DNA of 64,000 bases from Myxococcota bacterium (GCA_040386535.1 JAZKFH010000027.1:196064-260063); one strand, 5' to 3'. Positions 28,332 to 39,098 are shown, counted from the stretch's first letter. Program-made: numbers and translations. Notes: generated by a model from the sequence alone, not told the origin.

Positions 28332-29315
28332 CTACGCCGCGATCGGCCGCAACCGCGACGCCATCATCTCGATGACCTCGGCGTCCGTGCGCGCCGGTGC
28401 GCCGGGGAGCCGTACGAAGCGGCGGGCGAGCACCTTGTGCTGGCCGAGCATCAGGAGCGCCCACACCTGGAAGAAGTCGATGCCGTCGAACACGATCGCG
28501 TCTTCGCGGCCGTAGGCCTCGCGGTGGTTCTCGAACAGGCCGGGCATCTCGGTGTAGTGGGCGCGGGGCTTGTGGTGGTGCACCGTGTGGTAGCCGTCGT
28601 TGAAGCAACGGACGTTGTATCGGGTGTTGATACACGTGATGCTGCTACGGTACGTCTCGCCCGGCGCGGCCGGGTCGATGAAGGCGTGCTGGCCCCAATT
28701 GCCCGCCATCATGAGCGTGCGCACGAACAGCACGGGCCCGACGAACACGACCAACGTGGCCTGCCAATTCAGCGTGGCGAGGCCGAGCATGACGGCCCAG
28801 AACACCCCCTCGCCGAAGAGCAGGCGCCGGAACATGTGCTTGCTGCCACGGCGCCAGTGGTACGCCGCCAGCTTGGGGAGCCCCACGGAGAGGAAGGAGC
28901 CGAGGTAGTGCAACCAATGCGCGAAGCTGTCGCGCTGGTAGCGCATCGTGGTCGACAGGTCGTTGGCGAGGTTGTTCTCGATGTGGTGCATGCCGATGTG
29001 GTGCACCGCGTAGCTCTGCGGCGTCTGCCCGAAGAAGGGCCCGATGGCCCAGGGGATGATGTGTTTCATCCACGGCGCCTTGAACAGCGGGCGGTGGGAT
29101 GTGCAGTGCAACAGGAGGATGAAGCGGTCGAGGTAGCCGAGGCCCCAGAACGCGAGGTAGGCCACGGCGAGCGGCCAGAACCACGTTTGGACGAAGAACA
29201 ACGCGATGCCGAGGACACCGACCAGCGCGCACCCGAACAGGAGGTGGACCATCGGCAGGTCCCGCGGGTCGTGGAGCAGGGCCACCAGGTGGCGGTTGAT
29301 ACCGGTGGCTTCCAT
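28332..29315 (-). CDS. Membrane fatty-acid desaturase-family protein
   Basis: Three His boxes: HCTSH, HHIGMHH, YHTVHH; GNWGQHAF. Confidence 0.85.
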   Translation of the reverse strand: MEATGINRHLVALLHDPRDLPMVHLLFGCALVGVLGIALFFVQTWFWPLAVAYLAFWGLGYLDRFILLLHCTSHRPLFKAPWMKHIIPWAIGPFFGQTPQSYAVHHIGMHHIENNLANDLSTTMRYQRDSFAHWLHYLGSFLSVGLPKLAAYHWRRGSKHMFRRLLFGEGVFWAVMLGLATLNWQATLVVFVGPVLFVRTLMMAGNWGQHAFIDPAAPGETYRSSITCINTRYNVRCFNDGYHTVHHHKPRAHYTEMPGLFENHREAYGREDAIVFDGIDFFQVWALLMLGQHKVLARRFVRLPGAPARTDAEVIEMMASRLRPIAA

Positions 29316-29491
29316 CGTGACCTCGGGGCGGGGCACCCTACCACCTCGGACCCGGCCGCGCACCGCGCGCGAGGCGTCCGCGCGGGGCTCGTGGCGCGTC
29401 GGTAGCCCACCCCCCGCGACCGCCGGCGCTCACGGAATGGCTCCGGACGTGGAGGGGCCCGTCGAATAGATTGGATTCTCCTGGATCAACC

Positions 29492-30256
29492 ATGCGCCTC
29501 GACTCCATCCTCGGTGCCGGCGAGTGGTCGGCCCTCAAGGACTTCCTGACGCCGACCGTGTTCGACGTGTTGCCGCCCCGCGCCGCCCAGCGGCAGGTGG
29601 CCGAGCTGCTCGGCGCCCGCCTCCACCCCGGCGAGGGGCGCCGCGTGCGAGACGCGGTGGGCCTGCCGGGGCTGCGCATCGCGGACGACCGGGCGCCCGC
29701 TTCCGAGCGGGTCGAAGGCCTGGACGTCGAGGCGCGGCGCCGCCGCGGCGACGAGGTGCTGACGCTCTACTTCCACCAGCTCCTCCATCGCGAGAGCGCG
29801 CTGCTCGACCTGCGCGCCGAGCGCTTCCGCGGCGATCCGTCCGGGGAGCTCTCCTGGCGTCCGGGTTGGCTCTACGTGCGCTGGGACCCCACGTTCCTCG
29901 CCGCCCTGCGCGACCTGTACGGCGGCTACTACACCGGCGACGATCCCCGGTTCGACAGCGCCATCGCCCGCCTTTCGCTGACGCCCGCGAAGGACGTGTT
30001 CCTGGCGCATTTCGGCGGCGGCGACCAGCGAGAGGTGCAGTTTCGCCGCGCCACGTTCGTACAGACGTTCCACGACGCGTTCCTGGCTTGTCGGGACGCG
30101 GGTGTGTCGTTGCACGGCAATTTCCTGGCATTGGGGCTGTACCTCGCCACGCTCTACGAGCACCTGGAGCGGCTCGACCTGCCGTTCGACGTGCGCGCCG
30201 CCTACGTCCGCGCCGCGTCCCCCGTCGCGTCACCCGTCGCGACGGAGCCGCGCTGA
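29492..30256 (+). CDS. Hypothetical protein
   Basis: Host-like codon usage; TGATG coupling to the next gene. Confidence 0.65.
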   Translation: MRLDSILGAGEWSALKDFLTPTVFDVLPPRAAQRQVAELLGARLHPGEGRRVRDAVGLPGLRIADDRAPASERVEGLDVEARRRRGDEVLTLYFHQLLHRESALLDLRAERFRGDPSGELSWRPGWLYVRWDPTFLAALRDLYGGYYTGDDPRFDSAIARLSLTPAKDVFLAHFGGGDQREVQFRRATFVQTFHDAFLACRDAGVSLHGNFLALGLYLATLYEHLERLDLPFDVRAAYVRAASPVASPVATEPR

Positions 30257-31713
30257 TGGCCGGGCTCACCGTCGCCGTGGCCGGCGCCAGCGGGTTCATC
30301 GGGCGGGCCTTGTGCACCCGTCTTACGACGGAGCACACGGTGGTTGCGTTGTCCCGGTCCGCGGGGACCGGCGCGGACGGCGTGACGCGCCGGCGCTGCG
30401 ATCTGTTCAGCCTGCTCGACTGCGAGCGCGCCCTCGCGGGGGTCGACGTGGCCGTGTACCTCGTGCACTCGATGATGCCGTCGGCGCGGCTCACCCAGGC
30501 GAGCTTCGCCGATATGGATCTCATCCTGGCGGACAACTTCGCCCGCGCGGCGAAGCGCATGGGGGTGCGCCAGATCGTGTACCTCGGCGGCATCGTGCCG
30601 GAGAGCTCCGAGGCGCTCTCCGCGCACCTCGCGAGCCGGGTCGAGGTGGAGCAGGCCCTGGCGGCGCACGGGGTGCCGGTCACGACGCTCCGCGCCTCGT
30701 TGGTCATCGGGCCGGACGGGTCGAGCTTCCGCATCCTCCAGCGGCTCGTGCAGCGGCTGCCGGTGATGCTCCTGCCGACCTGGACCCGCTCCTCGTGCCA
30801 ACCCATCTACGTGGACGACGTGGTGGAGCTGCTCGCGGGGGTGTGCGGCGCCGACTTCGCGCTGGGCGAGACCTTCGACATCGGCGGCCCCGAGGTGTTG
30901 AGCTACCGCGCGCTGCTCGGGCGCACCGCCCACGCGCTCGGGCGGACGCCTCGCTATCTCCCGGTCCCGTTCTTCTCGCCTGAGCTCTCGCGCCTCTGGG
31001 TGACGCTGGTGACCGGCACCTCCCGCCAGCTCGTGGGGCCGCTCGTGTCGAGCCTCCGCCACCCCATGGTCGCCCGGGATCTGCGGCTCCAGGAGCGCCT
31101 GGGCCTGCCCGGCCTCCCGTTGGACGAGGCGCTCCGGCGTGCGGTCCAGGCCACGCAGTACGCGTCTCCGAAGGGCGCGTCGCCGCCGGCGCGTCGGCGG
31201 GCTTCGGAGGCCACCGTCAACACCGTGCGCTCGGTCCAACGCCTGCCGCTCCCGACGGGCCGCGACGCGATCTGGGCCGCCGCCGAGTACATGACGTGGC
31301 TGCCCCGCGCCATGCGCCCCTTCCTCCAGGTGACCGTGAGCGAGGCCGGGCTCGTCCGCTTCTGCGTGCTCGGCCTGCCGACCTCGCTGCTCGAGCTGGC
31401 CTGGTCGCGCGAGCGCTCGTTGCCCGATCGCACGCTGCTGTACGTCGTGGGCGGCGCGCTCGCCCGCATCACCGAGGGGCATCGCGGCCGGCTGGAATTC
31501 CGTGTCGTATTGGGAGGGCGGTACCTGGTTGCCGCGGTCCACGAGCTCGTGCCGAACCTGCCATGGCCCGTCTACAACGCCACCCAGGCCCTTGCGCACC
31601 TCTGGGTCATGCGGGCCTTCGGGCGGCACCTCGCCCGCCGCGCGGAGGCCGAGGAGCGCGAGCACCGCATGGTGCGCCAGCTCGGGCGCCTCATCGACGT
31701 GCCCGAGGGGTAG
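30256..31713 (+). CDS. NAD(P)-binding epimerase/oxidoreductase (YbjT-like atypical SDR)
   Basis: [22 protein letters not shown], HLASRx[11 protein letters not shown]. Confidence 0.85.
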   Translation: MAGLTVAVAGASGFIGRALCTRLTTEHTVVALSRSAGTGADGVTRRRCDLFSLLDCERALAGVDVAVYLVHSMMPSARLTQASFADMDLILADNFARAAKRMGVRQIVYLGGIVPESSEALSAHLASRVEVEQALAAHGVPVTTLRASLVIGPDGSSFRILQRLVQRLPVMLLPTWTRSSCQPIYVDDVVELLAGVCGADFALGETFDIGGPEVLSYRALLGRTAHALGRTPRYLPVPFFSPELSRLWVTLVTGTSRQLVGPLVSSLRHPMVARDLRLQERLGLPGLPLDEALRRAVQATQYASPKGASPPARRRASEATVNTVRSVQRLPLPTGRDAIWAAAEYMTWLPRAMRPFLQVTVSEAGLVRFCVLGLPTSLLELAWSRERSLPDRTLLYVVGGALARITEGHRGRLEFRVVLGGRYLVAAVHELVPNLPWPVYNATQALAHLWVMRAFGRHLARRAEAEEREHRMVRQLGRLIDVPEG

Positions 31714-31784
31714 GGACTGTCCTGCTTCAGTGCGGCGGGACGCCCTCGGTGGCGGGCGTCCGTACCTCGCGCTACCCGACGCCG

Positions 31785-32525
31785 ATGAGCAGCTGGCACG
31801 ACGGCAACCCGCCCCCCCTGGCGGTCCCCACCTTCCCGGAGACGCCGCGGAGCACGCACCCGCCGCGTTTTCTCATGCTCTGCGGCTCGTTGCGCGAGCG
31901 CTCGTTCAGCCGCCTGCTCGCGGAGGAGGCGGCGCGCATCCTGGAGGGCCTGGGCGCCGAGGTGCGTTGGTTCCACGCGCACGAGCTGCCGTTGAAGGGC
32001 GCCGTGCCGGACGACCATCCCAAGGTGGTCGAGCTGCGCACCCTCTCCGAGTGGTCGGAGGGGCACGTCTGGTCCTGCCCCGAGCTGCACGGCGCCGTCA
32101 CCGGGGTGTTCAAGAACCAGCTCGATTGGATCCCGCTCGCCATCGGCGCGGTGCGCCCCACCCAGGGCCGCACCCTCGCGATCCTCCAGGTGACCGGCGG
32201 CTCCCAGTCCTTCAACGTGGTCAACACCTTGCGCCTCCTCGGGCGTTGGATGCGGATGTTCACCATCCCCAACCAATCGAGCGTGCCGAAGGCGTGGCAG
32301 GAGTTCGACGAGGACGACCGGATGAGGGACTCGGAGTTCCGGGACCGGCTGGTGGACGTGATGGAGGAGCTGTGGAAGTTCACGCTGCTCACGCGGGACC
32401 ACCGCGATTTCCTCGTCGACCGGTACAGCGAGCGGCGCGAGGCCGGCGTCAAGGCGATGCCGGCGGCCAAGGAGGCCGCGACCCCCGTGCGGCCCCTGGA
32501 TCGCACCGGGAGCCAAAACCTTTAG
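31785..32525 (+). CDS. arsH: Arsenical resistance NADPH-dependent FMN reductase ArsH
   Basis: [69 protein letters not shown]. Confidence 0.93.
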   Translation: MSSWHDGNPPPLAVPTFPETPRSTHPPRFLMLCGSLRERSFSRLLAEEAARILEGLGAEVRWFHAHELPLKGAVPDDHPKVVELRTLSEWSEGHVWSCPELHGAVTGVFKNQLDWIPLAIGAVRPTQGRTLAILQVTGGSQSFNVVNTLRLLGRWMRMFTIPNQSSVPKAWQEFDEDDRMRDSEFRDRLVDVMEELWKFTLLTRDHRDFLVDRYSERREAGVKAMPAAKEAATPVRPLDRTGSQNL

Positions 32526-32585
32526 CTGAGGGGGGAACCGAAAGTGTCCGTCGCGCGTTCGTCACACGCGATGTAGCATGGGGGC

Positions 32586-34646
32586 ATGAACCTCCTCCTC
32601 CTCCTGCTCGCCTGCACCTCCGGTGATGACAAGGTCGACGACACCGGCGCCGCCGATGCCGACACCGACACGGACGCCGATACCGACACGGACACCGACA
32701 CCGACACGGACACCGAGATCCCGGTCGACGAGGACCGGGACGGGCACGACTCCACCGTCGACTGCAACGACAATGCCTACCAGATCTACCCGGGCGCCCC
32801 GGAGGATTGTGACGGCGTAGACGACGATTGTGACGACGCGATCGACGAGGACTTCGACGCCGATCGCGACGGCGCCTTCTCCCTGGCCGAGTGCGACGCC
32901 GGCACCGACTGCAACGACGCCGACGCCACCATCGCCCCCGGCACGGCCGAGGTCCCCTACGACGGCATCGACCAGGACTGCGACGGCGTGGACCTGACCG
33001 ACGTGGACGAGGACGGCTTCGAGGGCGGCGACGGCGGCTTCGATTGTGACGACGCCGACGCCACGATCCGCCCCGGCGCGGCCGAGATCGCGAAGGACGG
33101 CATCGACCAGGACTGTGACGGCGCGGACAGCCTGGATGGTGACGCCGACGGCTACGACGACGCCGACTTCGGCGGCGACGACTGTGACGACGCGAACCCC
33201 GAGGTGCGCCCGGGCGCCGACGACCCTCCGGAAGACGGCCTCGACGCGGACTGTGACGGCGGCGACTTCGCGATCCAGGCGCTGGCCGACGCGCCGGTCA
33301 GCATCGTCGGCGACGACACCGCGCAGGACCTGCTCGGGCAGGACGTGGCGCTCTGCGACCTCGACGGCGACACGCTGCTCGACCTCGTCATCGCCGTGCC
33401 GTTCGGCGAGAGCTACGCGGGCCAGGTCGGCATCTTCTACGGGGACGGCGCCGGCGCGTGGGGCCCCGACATGCGCATCGGGGACGCCGACACGCTCGTC
33501 CAGAGCACCGAGCAGTTCCTCGGCTTCGAGGTCGGCTGCGCGGATCTGGACGGCGACGGCAACGACGACCTCGTGACCGGCCGCGGCGAGATCGACTACT
33601 ACACGTCCTACCAGGCCGACTTCGAGCTCGTGATCTGGTACGGCACCGGCGGGAAGTTCCCGGCCACGATGTCCGAGGCGGACAGCGACGCCTCGCTCCA
33701 GATGATCCTGGGCGCCCCCCTCTACACGCCCACCGTCTACGGCCGCACCTTCACCGTCGCCGATCTCGACAGCGATGGCGCGAGCGAGATCGTGCTCGTG
33801 AACGCGGCCGACCCGACGCTGACCGCGGCCGACGACCAGTTCTACGTCATCGGTGGCGGGCGGTACGCGGGCGACCTCCAGCTGGCCGACGAGGCCCGCG
33901 CCGTGATCCAGGGGGAGGGGATCTCCACCTCCGTGGCGCTCCCGGACCTCGATGGGGACGGCGTCTCCGAGGTCCTGTTCGGCGAGTCCGCGCGTACCGG
34001 CCCGGTGGACGCGGACGGCGTGGTGACCTACCCCGGTCGCGCCTCGATCGTGTCGCAGGACGCCCTCGCCGACGGCGACCTCGGCACGCTCGCGTACGGC
34101 TTCTGGGACGGCGTGGGCTCGGAGCAGTTCGGGTTCACCGGCGCCCTCGGCGATTTCGACGGCGACGGCCTCGTGGACCTCGCCGTGGGCGCGTACGCGG
34201 ACGACACCGGCGCCGAGGACGCCGGCGCGCTCTACGTCTTCGCCCCGGCCGAAGGCGCGGTGCCGACGGCGGGCTCCTCGGTAGAGGCCGACGGGGTGCT
34301 GCGCGGCGGCACGGTGACCGGGTACTTTGGCTACCAGGTGGCGAACGCGGGCGACCTGGACGGGGACAGCGCGGACGATCTGCTCGTGACGGAGGTGAAC
34401 AGCGACGCGACGATGGGGCGGCTCTGGCTCGTCTCGGGTGCGCGGGCCGCGGGCTCCTCGACGTTGAACGAGGCGACGATCCGCGCGTGGACGGGCGAGG
34501 CGGCGTTGGCCTCGACGGGCGCGGCGCTCGCGGTGGGCGATCTCGACGGGGACGGGGAGGCCGACTTCGTGGTCGGCGCCTACACCTACATGTCGGACGG
34601 GCTGACCCAACGCGGGAAGGTCTACGTGCTGCTCAGCGGCTCGTAG
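32586..34646 (+). CDS. Surface lipoprotein with (DT)n tract, Cys/Asp metal-binding repeats and FG-GAP repeats
   Basis: LLLLAC; DGIDQDCDG repeats; GDFDGDGLVDLAVGA. Confidence 0.85.
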   Translation: MNLLLLLLACTSGDDKVDDTGAADADTDTDADTDTDTDTDTDTEIPVDEDRDGHDSTVDCNDNAYQIYPGAPEDCDGVDDDCDDAIDEDFDADRDGAFSLAECDAGTDCNDADATIAPGTAEVPYDGIDQDCDGVDLTDVDEDGFEGGDGGFDCDDADATIRPGAAEIAKDGIDQDCDGADSLDGDADGYDDADFGGDDCDDANPEVRPGADDPPEDGLDADCDGGDFAIQALADAPVSIVGDDTAQDLLGQDVALCDLDGDTLLDLVIAVPFGESYAGQVGIFYGDGAGAWGPDMRIGDADTLVQSTEQFLGFEVGCADLDGDGNDDLVTGRGEIDYYTSYQADFELVIWYGTGGKFPATMSEADSDASLQMILGAPLYTPTVYGRTFTVADLDSDGASEIVLVNAADPTLTAADDQFYVIGGGRYAGDLQLADEARAVIQGEGISTSVALPDLDGDGVSEVLFGESARTGPVDADGVVTYPGRASIVSQDALADGDLGTLAYGFWDGVGSEQFGFTGALGDFDGDGLVDLAVGAYADDTGAEDAGALYVFAPAEGAVPTAGSSVEADGVLRGGTVTGYFGYQVANAGDLDGDSADDLLVTEVNSDATMGRLWLVSGARAAGSSTLNEATIRAWTGEAALASTGAALAVGDLDGDGEADFVVGAYTYMSDGLTQRGKVYVLLSGS

Positions 34647-34653
34647 CACCTCT

Positions 34654-34713
34654 CCGGCCTGTCACTCGCCGGCCTGTCACTCGCCGGCCTGTCACTCGCC
34701 GGTCTGTCACTCG
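34654..34713. repeat. 15-bp tandem repeat CCGGCCTGTCACTCG x4 between convergent genes
   Basis: Read directly; the last copy contains the stop codon of 34707..35423. Confidence 0.9.
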
Positions 34714-35423
34714 GCGGTCACGGTCATGCGGCGGAACTCGAGGATGCCCGTCGCCATGAGCGAGGCGAGGGTGTTCACGTCCGTCACGTCGACCGCCTCG
34801 TTGACACGCAAACCGGCCACGCCGATGGCGTACTCGCCGGGCTCGGCGAAGGTGTCACCGGGGATGTCGGCGTCGAGGACCGGCGCCTCCACGAGCATGT
34901 CGTAGACCACGCCGGCGCCGTCGGGGGCGTTGTTCCAGAGCTCCTCCTTGGTGCCGACGTTGAGGACGACGGCGACGATGCCGTCGTAGTCTTCGCTGCC
35001 AACGTCGAGGTGCAGACCGGTGCCGGCGGCGAGCGTGAGGGGGATGTTGATAGAGGCGGCGGGTGCGCCCTCGGTGCGGAGGATCTCGCTGCCGTCGCGC
35101 TCGATGATGAGCGTCTCGCCCGGGGTGTAGGAGACGCCGGTGCCCTCGGCGGTGGACCAGACGCCTTCGCCTTCGTTGCCGAACGCGAGGGTGCCGTTGG
35201 TGTCGGACACCAGGCTTAGCGCCACGTCGGTGGGGAAGGTCCCTTCGAGGCTGGAGAGGTAGGCGGCAGCGCGGCCGCCGTGCTCGTAGGCCGTGCCGGA
35301 CAGGTCGAGATCGGCGGGCTTGGCGAGCGCCACCACCAGGCCCTCTGCCACGTCAGGGTTGGTGACCCCGCCCAGGAGCATGTCGATCTCGTCGCAACCA
35401 ATCAGGAGAAGGAAGAAAGTCAT
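34707..35423 (-). CDS. Hypothetical lipoprotein
   Basis: MTFFLLLIGC lipobox. Confidence 0.7.
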   Translation of the reverse strand: MTFFLLLIGCDEIDMLLGGVTNPDVAEGLVVALAKPADLDLSGTAYEHGGRAAAYLSSLEGTFPTDVALSLVSDTNGTLAFGNEGEGVWSTAEGTGVSYTPGETLIIERDGSEILRTEGAPAASINIPLTLAAGTGLHLDVGSEDYDGIVAVVLNVGTKEELWNNAPDGAGVVYDMLVEAPVLDADIPGDTFAEPGEYAIGVAGLRVNEAVDVTDVNTLASLMATGILEFRRMTVTAE

Positions 35424-35521
35424 GTCGTTACCCTCGTGACTCCTGCATCGGTCCGCGGCGGCGGGGGCTTGAGGGGGAAGGGCGAAGAAAGTGGCGGGGG
35501 GGATCGGGTTATCCCCCGCCG

Positions 35522-36853
35522 ATGATGGACTGGTCGCGACTCCTCACCCCCCATCGCCTCGGTCGCACCGATCAGGGCGGCAAGGCCGGCCACACCTCGT
35601 TCGAACGCGACTTCGATCGCGTGTTGTTCTCACGCCCCTTCCGGCGGCTGCAGGACAAGACACAGGTGTTTCCCATGCCGGCCAACGATCACGTGCACAA
35701 CCGCATGACGCACAGCCTGGAGGTGGCGAGCGTGGGGCGGTCGCTCGGAAAACGCGCCGGCTACATCGTGTTGGAGCGGCACCCCGATCTCGTGGGGTAC
35801 AACCCGGCGGATCTCGGGGACATCGTGGCCGCGGCGTGCCTGATGCACGACCTCGGCAACCCTCCCTTCGGCCACGCCGGCGAGGACGCGATCGGGGCCT
35901 GGTTCCGCGATGCCACCGCCCGCGGCGCGCTCGACCGGCTCACCGAGCACGAGCAGGCCGACGTGTGTCACTTCGAGGGCAACGCGCAGACCTTCCGCAC
36001 CGTGGCGCAGCTGGAGAACCACCCGGGGCAGGGTGGCATGCAGCTCACCCACGCCACGCTCGCCGCGGTGGTGAAGTACCCGCAGCCCTCCTCGCAGATG
36101 CGCGCGCGCCCGGGCGTGGCGCACAAGAAGTTCAACTACTTCCAGGCCGAGGCCGCGCTGTTCGCGCAGGTCGCCGACGCCGTGGGGCTCGACCAGGTTG
36201 CCGAGGGCGTGTGGCGGCGGCACCCGCTCGCGTGGCTGGTCGAGGCCGCGGACGACCTGTGCTTCCACATCCTCGACGCCGAGGACGGCTACCTGCTCGG
36301 CCTGTTCGGCTACGAGGAGATCCGCGACCTGTTCGATCCGTTGGCCGGCGGCGGCCCGCCGACGATGGAGGAGCGCGCGAGCGTGGGGTGGCTGCGCGCC
36401 AAGGCCATCGGGAAGCTGGTGGACGAGTGTGTGGAGGCGTTCGTCCAGAGCGAGGCGCTCCTGCTCGGCGAGGGCCTCGACAAGCCCATCGCGGCGCTCA
36501 TCCCCTCTGCGCCGGCGCTGGAGCGCGTGGCCGTACGGTCGCGCGCACGCTGCTACAAGGCGCCCGAGGTGCTCCGCGTCGAGCTCGCCGGGTACCGCGT
36601 CCTCGGCGAGCTGCTGGGCCTGTTCGTGCCCGCGGCGCTCGCGGAGCGCCCGGACGGCCGCGAGAAGAAGGTGCTCGACCTGCTCCCCGGCGCCGTCCGG
36701 AGCGCGTCCACGCCCTACACGCGCGTGCTCGCCGTCACCGACTACGTCGCGGGCATGACCGACGGCTTCGCGGTGCGCACGTACCGGGAGCTCACCGGCG
36801 GCGCGCTCCCCGAGATCACCGGGCGGCACCGGGGGCGGATGGAGGTGGGGTGA
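35522..36853 (+). CDS. dgt: dGTP/dNTP triphosphohydrolase (HD domain)
   Basis: FERDFDR, FRRLQDKTQVFP, RMTHSLEV, HDLGNPPFGHAGE, FEGNAQ, EAADD, DYVAGMTD. Confidence 0.93.
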   Translation: MMDWSRLLTPHRLGRTDQGGKAGHTSFERDFDRVLFSRPFRRLQDKTQVFPMPANDHVHNRMTHSLEVASVGRSLGKRAGYIVLERHPDLVGYNPADLGDIVAAACLMHDLGNPPFGHAGEDAIGAWFRDATARGALDRLTEHEQADVCHFEGNAQTFRTVAQLENHPGQGGMQLTHATLAAVVKYPQPSSQMRARPGVAHKKFNYFQAEAALFAQVADAVGLDQVAEGVWRRHPLAWLVEAADDLCFHILDAEDGYLLGLFGYEEIRDLFDPLAGGGPPTMEERASVGWLRAKAIGKLVDECVEAFVQSEALLLGEGLDKPIAALIPSAPALERVAVRSRARCYKAPEVLRVELAGYRVLGELLGLFVPAALAERPDGREKKVLDLLPGAVRSASTPYTRVLAVTDYVAGMTDGFAVRTYRELTGGALPEITGRHRGRMEVG

Positions 36854-36929
36854 GTTGTCCATAGTTGTGGGCCTCCTGTGGACGACCGGTTGTACCAAAT
36901 GAATGGCCCGTCTTCCGCACTTCTTCTTC

Positions 36930-36966
36930 AGGTTGTGCATTGACTAGTCAATAGGGAGGGACAACT
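36930..36966. promoter_or_regulatory. Palindromic candidate operator, copy 1 (core ATTGACTAGTCAAT)
   Basis: Perfect 14-bp palindrome at 36939-36952; 31/37 identical to 40825-40861. Confidence 0.6.
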
Positions 36967-37052
36967 CCCGCTCGTCGGCCGGTGGGGCGTCCCGTGGGTC
37001 GATTGGCTGAACACCTGTGCCGGATCCGCGCGGTCGGTTAGAGCCGCCCGCC

Positions 37053-39098
37053 ATGTCCGATCTGCCCGCCCTCGTCGACGAAGAAACGGCGATCATCGCC
37101 CGTGTCGTCCCGGCCCTCCGCACCCTCCAGTCGGAGGACGGCGAGCGGGAGCGCGCCCTCGTCGAACGGGCCCGCACGCTGCACCAGCAATGGACCGACG
37201 CCCGCGGCGATCAGGCCCAGCGCGAGGCCTTCGAGGAGGGGCTGGACGAGGCGAAGCGCGCGTTGACCTCCCACCGCACGGCCCGCCGCGCACGGGACCT
37301 CCCGGTCGGCACGCCGTACTTCGCGCGGATGGTGCTCCAGGAGGGCGCGCGTCGGCAGGAGATCCTGCTCGGCAAGGTCGGCGTCGTCGAGCGGGGGCTC
37401 GCGATCTGCGACTGGCGGGATGCCCCGATCAGCCAGCTCTACTACACGTACGAGGAGGGCGAGGAGTTCGAGGAGGAGATCGGCGGCCGCACGCGGGAGG
37501 GCGTGCTGGCCGTGCGGCGGCGCGTAGACATCCGCGAGGGCGTGCTGGTCGAGGTGCAGGGCGGCGCCACCACGCTCCGCATGCGGCCGGACGGCAGCTA
37601 CGCCGTGCCGGGGAGCAGCCGCGCCGAGAAGGACGATCACCGGTTGCCCGACATCGTCTCGCTCATCACGCGCGAGCAGTTCCAGGTCATCGCGCGGCCC
37701 ACGGCGGGCGTCGTGCTGCTCCGCGGGCGCGCCGGGTCGGGCAAGACCACCGTGGCGCTTCATCGCATCGCGTACCTGCACTTCCAGGATCCCCAGCGTT
37801 TCCGCCCCGAGCGGATGCTGGTGGTGATGTTCAACAAGGCGCTCCAGACCTACATCTCGCGCGTGTTGCCCGAGCTCGGCGTCCAGGGCGTCACGGTGGA
37901 GACGTTCCACGGCTGGGCGCGCCGCATCCTCCGCAGCGGTGGCATCAGCCTCGAGATGCGCGCGTCGTCGCCCGCCGTCGCGAAGCTCAAGCGCCACCCC
38001 GCCATCGGCGTGCTCCTCGCCGCGCACGTCGAGCGCCTGGGGGACAAGTCCGCCGGGTGGGTGCGGGACCAGCTCGGCGAGGCCGGCGCGACCACCTGGG
38101 ACGCCACGCCCGGCCGCGGCCTCGCGCGCATCGCCGCCTTCCGCAAGCGCCACCCCGGCGCGTGGTGGAACAAGCTCCGCTCGCGCCTGCTCGACCACAC
38201 GAAAGACCTATGGGCGCTCTTCGACGACGACGCGTTGTGCCGCGAGGTGCTCCCCGCCGCGCTCCACAGCGCCCTGCCCGCCGCCCGCAAGCACCAGGCC
38301 GGCTGCGCGGAGGGCGCGTACCTCGACTGGGAGGACGCCGCGCTGCTGCTGCGCCTGGGCCAGCTCAAACACCAGGCCGACGGCGAGCTGCCATGCGGCT
38401 GGGCGGGGCTGTACGCCCACCTCGTCATCGACGAGGCGCAGGATCTGTCGACCGTCGAGATCGAGGCCCTCGTGGACGCGTGTGACGTGGGCCGCTCCGT
38501 CACGATCGCCGGGGATCCCGCGCAGAAGATCCTCGCCGACGCCCAGTTCGAGGGCTTCGAGCAGCTGCTCCAACGCCTCACCGGCCAGGTCGAGGTGCGC
38601 CTCGACGCCCTCGCGGTCGGCCACCGCTCCACGCGCCCGATCATGTCCCTCGCCATCACCGCGCTCGGCCAGGGCCCCTCGGCCGATCCCGCCGTGATCG
38701 CCGCCCGGGACGGCGAGCCCGTCGAGTGGTTCGAAGGGGACGACAACGCGCTCACCGCCCAGGTGGCCGAGGCCATCGCGCGCTTCCGCGAGGCCCGTCC
38801 CAGCGCCCTCGTGGCGGTGCTGGCCAAGGGCAAGACCACGGCCGACCAGTGGGCGCGCCGCCTGGACGGGGCCGCGGTGTTCGGGGTGCGCCGCGCGGCG
38901 CGGGCCGACTTCTCGTTCCAGCCCGGCGTCGTCGTAAGCAACGTGCACCAGGTCAAGGGCCTCGAGTTCGACGGCGTGGTGCTCATCGAGCCCGCCGAGT
39001 TCAGCGAGAGCGACAAGCAGCTCCTGCACGTGGCGATCACCCGCGCGGCCGACCGGCTGTGGATCGTCGCGGGGCGGGGACGCGGTCGGTTGGGGTAG
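37053..39098 (+). CDS. UvrD/SF1 helicase-like ATPase, HelD-like
   Basis: PYFARM, DWRDAPISQLYY, LPDIVSLITREQ, GRAGSGKTTVALHRIAYL, VIDEAQD, AGDPAQ, KGLEFDGV, VAITRA. Confidence 0.85.
   Translation: MSDLPALVDEETAIIARVVPALRTLQSEDGERERALVERARTLHQQWTDARGDQAQREAFEEGLDEAKRALTSHRTARRARDLPVGTPYFARMVLQEGARRQEILLGKVGVVERGLAICDWRDAPISQLYYTYEEGEEFEEEIGGRTREGVLAVRRRVDIREGVLVEVQGGATTLRMRPDGSYAVPGSSRAEKDDHRLPDIVSLITREQFQVIARPTAGVVLLRGRAGSGKTTVALHRIAYLHFQDPQRFRPERMLVVMFNKALQTYISRVLPELGVQGVTVETFHGWARRILRSGGISLEMRASSPAVAKLKRHPAIGVLLAAHVERLGDKSAGWVRDQLGEAGATTWDATPGRGLARIAAFRKRHPGAWWNKLRSRLLDHTKDLWALFDDDALCREVLPAALHSALPAARKHQAGCAEGAYLDWEDAALLLRLGQLKHQADGELPCGWAGLYAHLVIDEAQDLSTVEIEALVDACDVGRSVTIAGDPAQKILADAQFEGFEQLLQRLTGQVEVRLDALAVGHRSTRPIMSLAITALGQGPSADPAVIAARDGEPVEWFEGDDNALTAQVAEAIARFREARPSALVAVLAKGKTTADQWARRLDGAAVFGVRRAARADFSFQPGVVVSNVHQVKGLEFDGVVLIEPAEFSESDKQLLHVAITRAADRLWIVAGRGRGRLG

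Noticed and set aside
36852..36967. Chromosomal replication origin
   Set aside because: Only a few degenerate boxes, no clear DNA-unwinding element and no dnaA/dnaN/gidA context
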